Below, one piece after another: positions 1 through 7,097 of a stretch of 64,000 nt of DNA (positions within the stretch are counted from its first letter, which is position 1; every line of letters starts with the position of its first letter). The DNA lies in the NCBI GenBank assembly GCA_946626605.1, contig CAMOUL010000003.1, positions 19,696 to 83,695 on the forward strand. Direction: 5' to 3'. The notes under the pieces are model-generated. The model saw nothing but the letters and a program-made list of their open reading frames with translations. It was not told the origin of the DNA and searched no databases. The position numbers and the translations under genes are program-made. The DNA is from an uncultured Bacteroidales bacterium. Lineage in GTDB: Bacteria; Bacteroidota; Bacteroidia; Bacteroidales; Paludibacteraceae.

Positions 1-455
1 TTAGCTTCTGGGATGCCGTGGAACGCAAGCGTTATGGTGTACCGGTAGTAATCACTAATCCGCACGAAGTATGGGATAGTTTGCTCAATAAAGATCTTCC
101 GCAAGAGTTCTTGGCTAAACTACCCAACGACAACTGGCAATTTGTCCTATCTATGCAAGAAAACGAAATGTTTGTTTTAGGCATGGAAGATGATGAGTTC
201 AACGATGCTATCGAACGTCAAGACTATGCCACTTTGAATAAGCATTTATACAGAGTGCAAAAGGGTAGTTCTAAATTCTATTGTTTTCGCTATCACACCG
301 AAACTACTGTAGATGATAAATATGAAGGAGTAAAGAACGAACAATGGAGTTTCCAAATTGGGAAAGCATTCCGTGCAAGTAGTTTTGATGGCTTATTCCG
401 GGTATTCCCTCACAAAGTCAAAGTAGATTTGCTCGGTCATATTCATAAAGCATGA
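1..455 (+). CDS. cas9: Cas9, type II-C-like, C-terminal (PAM-interacting) end; the 5' part lies upstream of the window
   Basis: The frame is open from nt 3, so the track's GTG at 18 is internal. The tail WQFVLSMQENEMFVLG...LYRVQK...FRYHTE...KVKVDLLGHI resembles the last strands of II-C Cas9 (compare NmeCas9 FKFSLHPNDLVEV...KYQIDELGKEI, from memory). A 30-nt-spacer array and a tracrRNA anti-repeat lie within 2 kb downstream. Confidence 0.7.
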   Translation, partial: SFWDAVERKRYGVPVVITNPHEVWDSLLNKDLPQEFLAKLPNDNWQFVLSMQENEMFVLGMEDDEFNDAIERQDYATLNKHLYRVQKGSSKFYCFRYHTETTVDDKYEGVKNEQWSFQIGKAFRASSFDGLFRVFPHKVKVDLLGHIHKA

Positions 456-1537
456 TAAACGAACAGCAGCATTCTATGTCAGTTGACCCGAATGACATTC
501 GGGAAAATCAACATAGAGAAAAAGAAATAGATTCTCAGTGGAAATGGCAGGAACCGGGATCTGCGTGGAAAGGAGTCGGTATCTACCATATTACACTGAC
601 GGTGACTTCTCGTCAATCTTTGTTGGGCACACTCGTTATCCCCAATAACGATCCTATGCAAGCGTGGGTAAATCGTACTGATTTAGGAGAGGCAGTTGTT
701 GACTGTTTGTGGACCGTACCGAAGCATCACGCAGAAGTGCGTATCATCAGTTTTGACTTGATGCCAAATCATCTGCATACTATATGGCATGTGACACGAC
801 CGATGTCAATCGGCATCAAATCTGTTGTGCGTGGATTTTGGCAGGCTGTTAAACGGATAGGGCGCGAATACTCTATGTCTGTTTCTCCGAATTCCACGAC
901 CACCACTCCGCCATCTATGTCTATTGTTCCGAATGATATTCGGACTGATAACCATATACCTGACCCTATTTTCACGAAGATGCCATTTATCCGTCCATTG
1001 TCTCGCAAAGAACAATTGGATGCGATGATTCATTATACTTGGCTCAATCCGCAACGCCTTGCCACTATGCACCTTATGCCCGGTTTCTTTCGTGTACAAG
1101 AGAATATTGAAATTGCCGGACGGAAATATTACGCTGTGGGAAATGTGGAACTATTACAAAGATCACAATATACGCCGGTACACGTTCGGAGTACAATGGT
1201 TCAAGAAGCAGAGCATGGCGATAACACGCGCCTCCGTAACTATATGAACAGCTGTGTGCTGGCAGCGAGAAAAGGAACGGTAATGGTTTCGCCATTTATC
1301 AGCAAACAGGAACAATCTGTCATGGAAGAGCTGCTAAAAGAAAAACTGCCGTTCATCTATATCGCCGATAACGGATTTCGAGATTATTATAAACCACCGG
1401 CTGCTTTATTCGATGCAGTCGCGGCAAAAAGGGTCTTGATTTTAAGCCCGTGGGAATATGATCCGAAAAAGAAATATGTGAGTCGTGCAGAATGTGTCGA
1501 AATGAATAAAATGGCAGAAGATATATCTGGATTATAA
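452..1537 (+). CDS. HUH/Y1 tyrosine transposase-family protein (IS200/IS605 TnpA / REP-associated RAYT-like) with an unassigned C-terminal domain of about 150 aa
   Basis: ATG 452 overlaps the cas9 stop (ATGA). It has the strand GIYHITLTVTSRQ, the HUH motif in DLMPNHLHTIWHV, and a Tyr helix DAMIHYTWLNPQRLA. An alternative in-frame ATG is at 476. The gene ends 30 nt before the first partial CRISPR repeat. Confidence 0.7.
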   Translation: MINEQQHSMSVDPNDIRENQHREKEIDSQWKWQEPGSAWKGVGIYHITLTVTSRQSLLGTLVIPNNDPMQAWVNRTDLGEAVVDCLWTVPKHHAEVRIISFDLMPNHLHTIWHVTRPMSIGIKSVVRGFWQAVKRIGREYSMSVSPNSTTTTPPSMSIVPNDIRTDNHIPDPIFTKMPFIRPLSRKEQLDAMIHYTWLNPQRLATMHLMPGFFRVQENIEIAGRKYYAVGNVELLQRSQYTPVHVRSTMVQEAEHGDNTRLRNYMNSCVLAARKGTVMVSPFISKQEQSVMEELLKEKLPFIYIADNGFRDYYKPPAALFDAVAAKRVLILSPWEYDPKKKYVSRAECVEMNKMAEDISGL

Positions 1538-1566
1538 AAGTATCTATTCCTGATAAGGATAACTAA

Positions 1567-2072
1567 TAATCGTACCCTTTAGGGTAAAGAAATACGGACT
1601 AAAACAAGGCTCGCAAATCTGTTCCTCGCATTCGTATGGTTGTGTATGTCATTCAAAAAAGTAAACCAGTAATCGTGCGAAGCTAAGAATACGGACTAAA
1701 ACAAGGCAGACGTTGGGCGTACGTATGCCGGTATAGTTGTGTATGTCATTCAAAAAAGTAAACCAGTAATCGTGCGAAGCTAAGAATACGGACTAAAACA
1801 AGAAGACGAACGCCGCCCTCGTACGTCTCCACGTTGTGTATGTCATTCAAAAAAGTAAACAATACGGACTAAAACAAGGGTTTTGTTGGAGTGTTGGAGT
1901 GTTGGAGTGTTGTGTATGTCATTCAAAAAAGTAAACCAGTAATCGTGCGAAGCTAAGAATACGGACTAAAACAAGGCAGACGTTGGGCGTACGTATGCCG
2001 GTATAGTTGTGTATGTCATTCAAAAAAGTAAACCAGTAATCGTGCGAAGCTAAGAATACGGACTAAAACAAG
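1567..2072 (+). CRISPR. CRISPR array with 5 repeats plus a 5'-truncated leader-side copy and five 30-nt spacers
   Basis: The partial copy is at 1567-1608. Repeats are at 1639-1705, 1736-1802, 1909-1975 and 2006-2072 (67 nt each) and 1833-1878 (46 nt). Spacers are at 1609-1638, 1706-1735, 1803-1832, 1879-1908 and 1976-2005. The consensus is GTTGTGTATGTCATTCAAAAAAGTAAAC[CAGTAATCGTGCGAAGCTAAG]AATACGGACTAAAACAAG. Orientation is set by complementarity to the plus-strand tracrRNA. Confidence 0.9.
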
Positions 2073-2125
2073 AGACTCCGTATAAAACGCTAAAACACAA
2101 CAAGTTAAGTAATGTTTTAGAACGT

Positions 2126-2158
2126 AAAAAAGCAGTACCGGGTGCTGCTTTTGTTTGT
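2126..2158 (+). terminator. Intrinsic terminator after the array, potentially bidirectional
   Basis: The hairpin GCAGTAC-CGG-GTGCTGC has a 7-bp stem with one G-T pair. It is flanked by an A6 run upstream and TTTTGTTTG downstream. Confidence 0.6.
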
Positions 2159-2218
2159 GTCCATTAAGTTGCAAAATTACAGAAAAATGCGGAAATGACA
2201 AAATTTTTTACAGATTTA

Positions 2219-2250
2219 TTTGCATATATCACGAAAAAGTAGTACTTTTG
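2219..2250 (+). promoter_or_regulatory. Bacteroidetes-type promoter for the tracrRNA
   Basis: TTTG is at 2219-2222 and TActTTTG at 2243-2250, with 20-nt spacing. Confidence 0.6.
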
Positions 2251-2253
2251 CAC

Positions 2254-2334
2254 AACTTTTTGAATGACATACACAATAAGGATTATTCCGATGTGTAAAC
2301 ATTTAGGGTGGGGCAGTGCCTCGCCCTTTTTTTG
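2254..2334 (+). ncRNA. tracrRNA
   Basis: ACTTTTTGAATGACATACACAA (2255-2276) is complementary to the 5' 23 nt of the repeat, with a one-nt bulge. It is followed by TAAGG (as in the Nme tracrRNA ...ACAAUAAGG), internal stems, and a terminal hairpin GGGCAG-TGC-CTcGCCC plus T7 ending near 2333. Confidence 0.75.
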
Positions 2335-2360
2335 TGTTTTTGACTAAAAAACCTCCAAAA

Positions 2361-2392
2361 TTTGCATATATCAAATATTTTTTGTACCTTTG
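2361..2392 (+). promoter_or_regulatory. Promoter of the rubredoxin gene
   Basis: TTTG is at 2361-2364 and TAccTTTG at 2385-2392. Confidence 0.55.
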
Positions 2393-2430
2393 TCGCCGAA
2401 AATAACTTATTCACATAAAATTTTATAACT

Positions 2431-2565
2431 ATGGCAAAGTACATTTGTGATGTCTGCGGGTACGAATATGACCCCAGCGAAACAGGAAAAGCGTTTAATG
2501 AACTCCCGGAAGATTGGACGTGCCCAATTTGCGGTGTAGGTAAGGACCAGTTTTCTGAGTTGTAA
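2431..2565 (+). CDS. Rubredoxin (44 aa), absent from the ORF track because it is under 60 aa
   Basis: My own translation is [44 protein letters not shown]. It carries the two CxxCG knuckles and the conserved core typical of rubredoxin. Confidence 0.9.
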   Translation: MAKYICDVCGYEYDPSETGKAFNELPEDWTCPICGVGKDQFSEL

Positions 2566-2617
2566 TCTTGGGTAATAAACGTCAAAACAGGGTAGAGCAC
2601 AACCCCCATAACAATCC

Positions 2618-2641
2618 CCTCGGTGCAAAACCGAGGTTTTT
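2618..2641 (+). terminator. Intrinsic terminator after rubredoxin
   Basis: The hairpin is CCTCGGT-GCAAA-ACCGAGG followed by TTTTT. Confidence 0.7.
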
Positions 2642-2667
2642 ACAGTCCAAAATAATGGTTTAAGGGG

Positions 2668-2711
2668 GTGATTACGGGGCGATTACCGGGTAATTACTGC
2701 GTGATTAGGGA
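2668..2711. repeat. Tandem 11-nt repeat, 4 units
   Basis: The units are GTGATTACGGG GCGATTACCGG GTAATTACTGC GTGATTAGGGA. Confidence 0.8.
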
Positions 2712-2811
2712 AATGTTTATACGACGCCGGGCTAAGAACGCCCAAAAGAACTGCCAAACTGGCAGACTTATAGAAATATTATAAAATGCACTGCAAAAAT
2801 CGTGCCAATAT

Positions 2812-3306
2812 ATGACTCAAATTAAATTTTATGCACCGGTTAAAGAAATGAACGGTGAATTCGAAAAAGGTAGCGGTATTGTCATGAGAAAAAAGAAATA
2901 TCGCGCACCGAATGGAGCCGTCCTCAGAGAAGGTGTTCAGGAATCGTACAAAATCGTTCATCCGCGTGATTACGATAAGAACCCGCCTAAAGGAGCTGAA
3001 CTCGCTAATATTCAGCTGTTTAGCGATTCCAAACGCCAGACTTCCGAGATTATCAATTCCGGCAAACTTACTGACGAGGAACTCGCAGCCATGACACCCG
3101 AGGAGCACCAAAAAACGCTTGAACTGCGCGCAGAACTGGAAAACTTCAGAAATCGTTTCTACGCGCAATTCAAACATCCGGATCCGGAAGCACCGTTCGA
3201 AAAGAAACTAAGACCAGGCGCATCGGTTCTCCGACAAAAACAATATGCTAAACTCGATAACTTCATTCAAGCGATCATTCGTGAGAGACTTCAAAAACAA
3301 CTATAA
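2812..3306 (+). CDS. Hypothetical basic protein (164 aa)
   Basis: This is a long ORF with no competing frame. I do not recognise a family. Confidence 0.55.
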   Translation: MTQIKFYAPVKEMNGEFEKGSGIVMRKKKYRAPNGAVLREGVQESYKIVHPRDYDKNPPKGAELANIQLFSDSKRQTSEIINSGKLTDEELAAMTPEEHQKTLELRAELENFRNRFYAQFKHPDPEAPFEKKLRPGASVLRQKQYAKLDNFIQAIIRERLQKQL

Positions 3307-3541
3307 TAACATCGTTTACGAAAATCACGTATACTACATAAACTACACAAACTACGTTTACATAATTTACTGACATTATGGCAGATTTATTTCTTTTCAT
3401 TATTATGGTATAATTATTGTACTTATACTATAGTACGAAATGTGTGCCTTTTAAACCTAATCGGCATTATGTAAAATAGCATATTTCAAAAACAACCTTA
3501 ACTACGCAAAAAACCCTAACTACGCAAACTACGTTTACAAA

Positions 3542-5929
3542 ATGGAAGATAAGTATCAATCAGAAAACAAGATTTACAAAGTACTCCCTATTAAGAATAC
3601 TGTCATTTTCCCGGGAGTACTCTTACCTATTGCTGTTTCAAAGAAAAGCAGTCTGAAGCTCATCAAAGAAGCTGAAAAAACAGATGAGCCGATAATTCTG
3701 CTGACCCAGAAAGACAACAAGGCCAAAGAACCCACGGAGAAAGACCTGTACCCTCTGGGCACCTTGGCGCATGTGGTACAAGTAATTCCTGTTCCGGAAA
3801 TGGGAAAAGATACGATGATGACCATCTTCGAGGGTCTTCATCGTGTACAGGCCATGGATTTCACAACTGCTGAGAACGGCGGATTAATGGCCAGTGCCGT
3901 TGAAATGGACGAAAATATGCCGCGGAAGGACGATAAACAGTTCAACGCAACCATCGAAACCATTCGTGAGACGGTACAGAAGATATTGCCGAAACGAGAA
4001 GACTCCCCTGCCGGATTGCAGTCTGCGCTTCAATCCTCTTTGAAAAATCTTACTTCCTCGCCTTCTTTCTTGAATTATGTGTGCTCCATCTATATTATGC
4101 CGACGGAGACCAAGCAAGGATTGCTGGCTATTCACGACTTAACTGAACGTGCTAATGCCCTGCTCCGTATTCTCGAGAAAGACCTGGAGGAACTGAATAT
4201 CAAGGAAGATATTCGTCGTCGTACCGTCGAGAAGATGGATAAACAGCAGCGTGAATACTTCCTGCAACAAGAGTTGGAGACCATCAAAAATGACCTTGGC
4301 GACACGGATTCATCGGCACAAAAAGTCAGTGAACTGCGTGAGCGAGGCAAAGAGATGAAATGGTCTGCAGAGGTGGCTGAACGCTTTGAGAAAGAGTTAG
4401 CCCGCCTCGAACACATGCATGTGCATGCTCCGGACTACTCCACTCAACTCGACTATCTGGAGTTCATGTTGGACCTCCCTTGGGGTGTTTATTCCGAAGA
4501 TAATTATGACATGGCGCACGCCCAAGAAGTGCTGAATCGCGATCACTTCGGATTGGATAAAGTGAAGGAAAGAATTGTCGAATACCTGGCCGTACAACGT
4601 CAATTGGCGCTTCGTAGCAAAAAAGAGAAAGAAAATCACCCGGTGAAATCGCCGATTTTATGTCTCTATGGCCCTCCCGGAGTCGGAAAAACAAGCCTCG
4701 GAAAGAGTGTGGCTGAAGCCCTCGGACGAAAGTATGCACGCGTCTCTTTAGGTGGTCTGCACGATGAAGCGGAAGTGCGCGGCCATCGTCGTACCTACAT
4801 AGGTGCCCTGCCCGGTAGAATCATAGACGGCATCAAGAAATGCGGCACATCGAACCCCGTGTTTGTGCTCGATGAAATCGACAAGATCGGCGCCGACTAC
4901 AAAGGTGACCCGACCGCAGCGCTGCTCGAGGTGCTCGATCCGGAACAGAACAATGCCTTCCACGACAACTATCTGGATGTGGATTACGATCTGAGCAAAG
5001 TGCTTTTCATCGCTACCGCCAATAGTCTGGAGACCGTTCCCCGACCCCTACTCGACCGAATGGAGTTGATCGAGATGACCGGATATCTGCAGGAAGAGAA
5101 AGAAGAGATCGCCAAACGCCATCTGATTCCGAAAGAACTGGCCAACCATGGTCTGAAAGCCAGCCAACTGAAGTTCAAGAAGGAGATTTTGGCGCATATC
5201 ATCGATGATTACACACGTGAGTCCGGTGTGCGCAGTCTGGAACGTCAGATTGCGACGATCTGTCGGAAGATAGATACCAAACTGGCTTTAGGAGAAGAAT
5301 ATAACGTTTCTATCACCCTTGATGACCTGCGTACCTACCTCGGGCAAGCACGTTATAGCCGCGATAGCTGGGAGACAAACAAATACGTCGGTGTGGTAAC
5401 AGGCCTGGCGTGGACACAAGTCGGAGGCGAGATATTGTTTATCGAGACGAGTCTGAGCCAGAGCAAAACTCCGACACTTACCCTCACGGGTAACTTAGGC
5501 GATGTGATGAAAGAATCCGCCACTTTGGCACTCGGATATGTCAAGGCCCATGTTAAAGAACTCGGCATCAAACCCGATGTATTCGAGAAAACAGCCGTAC
5601 ATATCCATGTGCCCGAAGGAGCGATTCCGAAGGACGGACCTTCTGCCGGCATCACGATGACAACGGCTTTAGTAAGTGCCTTCACCAAACGCCTCGTTAA
5701 ACCCCGCATCGCCATGACCGGAGAGATGACTTTACGAGGTAAGGTATTACCTATTGGCGGAGTAAAAGAAAAACTGCTCGCAGCTAAACGAGCAGGTATC
5801 ACGGATATCATCCTCTGCGAGGACAACAGAAAAGATGTCGCTGAGATCAACGACATCTACCTGAAAGGGCTGAAACTGCACTTCGTGCACGATATCAGCG
5901 AGGTGATCGAAAAAGCGCTTACAAAATAA
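3542..5929 (+). CDS. lon: ATP-dependent Lon protease
   Basis: It has the LON N-domain, Walker A GPPGVGKTS, and the proteolytic motif DGPSAG. Confidence 0.95.
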   Translation: MEDKYQSENKIYKVLPIKNTVIFPGVLLPIAVSKKSSLKLIKEAEKTDEPIILLTQKDNKAKEPTEKDLYPLGTLAHVVQVIPVPEMGKDTMMTIFEGLHRVQAMDFTTAENGGLMASAVEMDENMPRKDDKQFNATIETIRETVQKILPKREDSPAGLQSALQSSLKNLTSSPSFLNYVCSIYIMPTETKQGLLAIHDLTERANALLRILEKDLEELNIKEDIRRRTVEKMDKQQREYFLQQELETIKNDLGDTDSSAQKVSELRERGKEMKWSAEVAERFEKELARLEHMHVHAPDYSTQLDYLEFMLDLPWGVYSEDNYDMAHAQEVLNRDHFGLDKVKERIVEYLAVQRQLALRSKKEKENHPVKSPILCLYGPPGVGKTSLGKSVAEALGRKYARVSLGGLHDEAEVRGHRRTYIGALPGRIIDGIKKCGTSNPVFVLDEIDKIGADYKGDPTAALLEVLDPEQNNAFHDNYLDVDYDLSKVLFIATANSLETVPRPLLDRMELIEMTGYLQEEKEEIAKRHLIPKELANHGLKASQLKFKKEILAHIIDDYTRESGVRSLERQIATICRKIDTKLALGEEYNVSITLDDLRTYLGQARYSRDSWETNKYVGVVTGLAWTQVGGEILFIETSLSQSKTPTLTLTGNLGDVMKESATLALGYVKAHVKELGIKPDVFEKTAVHIHVPEGAIPKDGPSAGITMTTALVSAFTKRLVKPRIAMTGEMTLRGKVLPIGGVKEKLLAAKRAGITDIILCEDNRKDVAEINDIYLKGLKLHFVHDISEVIEKALTK

Positions 5930-5938
5930 GCGCTTTTT
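5913..5938 (+). terminator. Intrinsic terminator overlapping the lon stop codon
   Basis: The hairpin AAGCGCTTA-CAAAA-TAAGCGCTT has a 9-bp stem and is followed by TTT. Confidence 0.6.
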
Positions 5939-5955
5939 CATGTATGATGTTGGGT

Positions 5956-6351
5956 TTATGATTTTTGATTTATAAACTCTTCGTACGTACCATCCGTATA
6001 GTACACTACTATATTCTTAATCTGTTTTGAAGGAGCTGCAACTACTTGCGGCTCTTCTTTTTGTGCCGTACGCACTGTTTTTTCCTTCGGATCCGGTGGT
6101 AATATATCAAATAAACCGGCATCTTTACCGGGTACAGAACGCCACATATCACCTCTTCCGGCAATTAACCACTCCGGATTCAAGGTAGGATAGCGCTCCA
6201 TAATGCGTTTCATCACTTCTAAACTGGGATTATTACGTCCAGCCATCATATTACTGATAGTACCGGGTTGCACATGAATCTCTGCAGCAAACTGCCTTGC
6301 TGTTAGTCCTAAGGCATCTTTTACCTTCTCTATACGTTCTCTCTCATTCAT
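5956..6351 (-). CDS. XRE-family helix-turn-helix transcriptional regulator
   Basis: The N-terminus LGLTARQFAAEIHVQPGTISNMMAGRNNPS is a typical HTH_3 motif. Confidence 0.8.
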   Translation of the reverse strand: MNERERIEKVKDALGLTARQFAAEIHVQPGTISNMMAGRNNPSLEVMKRIMERYPTLNPEWLIAGRGDMWRSVPGKDAGLFDILPPDPKEKTVRTAQKEEPQVVAAPSKQIKNIVVYYTDGTYEEFINQKS

Positions 6352-6510
6352 AAAATAATAATTTATTATTTAAATGGGGCCCCCAGAGTAAACTAAGCCT
6401 AAGGCTGTTTGCTATGGGGAGAGCGTAGCGTAAGGCGGAGTGTTTAAGGAGCTACGTGGTAGCGACTCACACGAGCCTTAACGTAAGCGAGTGCAAAATT
6501 ACAAAAAAAA

Positions 6511-6590
6511 TGTGAAATACACAAATGTTTGCACAATTATTTTTAAAAATATTTTCACATTTGTGAATACATGAAATTTGCAATTGTGAA
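6511..6590. promoter_or_regulatory. Cluster of TGTGAA/TTCACA boxes (candidate operator sites)
   Basis: TGTGAA occurs at 6511, 6562 and 6585, and TTCACA at 6554. The pair TTCACAttTGTGAA forms a palindrome at 6554-6567. A minus-strand TAatTTTG box near 6492-6499 probably drives the XRE gene. Confidence 0.35.
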
Positions 6591-7061
6591 ATTTATTTAT
6601 CAGCAACAAGCCGTGGAACATTTTTACAAAGTCATCTCCCTCATCCCTGTCTATGTTCAACAAACTATTCCAATAGTCATACTTATTTTACTTTGTGTAG
6701 TGCGCATATATGCCTTATAATAAGCAAGTTATAGTAATTATTAAACGTATTTTAACTTTTTTATACCTCTATTTCTTCATATACCGTGATATCTTCATAG
6801 TATTACTTTAATTAAATACGTAAAATGCTCATATACAGATAGTTATATTATCACTAATTGTGTAATTTACTTGATTTTGAAGGCATGCACGATTGTTAAG
6901 ATTCGTGCATTTCTGCAAAATGGATTCTACTCTACTCTCTTGGACTCTTAAATTAAAAGTTTGAGGCCTGGCGATTCTTTTATGCGGTTTGTGAACGTTT
7001 GGTTTGTGAGCAAACAATACATAATTTGTGTTCACACTTATTCTGCTAACATTTTTGATTT

Positions 7062-7097
7062 TTTGCTTGCATAATTCACAAAAATATACTACCTTTG
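7062..7097 (+). promoter_or_regulatory. Promoter-like element with no convincing downstream gene
   Basis: TTTG/CTTG lies at 7062-7069 and TAccTTTG at 7090-7097. The next clear start (ispE, 7381) has its own TAccTTTG at 7352-7359. Confidence 0.4.

Noticed and set aside
488-502. A 9-nt identity (GAATGACAT) links the hairpin in the HUH gene to the tracrRNA anti-repeat at 2262-2270 (the complement ATGTCATTC is in the CRISPR repeat).
   Set aside because: The match is too short to separate from chance without a genome-wide count. I note it only as something to check, not as evidence of a functional link.
2016-2628. Minus-strand ORFs at 2016-2201, 2283-2609 and 2407-2628.
   Set aside because: They run through CRISPR repeats, the tracrRNA and the antisense strand of rubredoxin. 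The plus-strand features explain the region better.
6829-7035. A 68-aa minus-strand ORF in the AT-rich gap.
   Set aside because: It has no start context and its composition is driven by AT richness, with no recognisable motif. The 47-codon plus-strand ORF at 7152-7295 is likewise not called as a gene and is only flagged in a finding.
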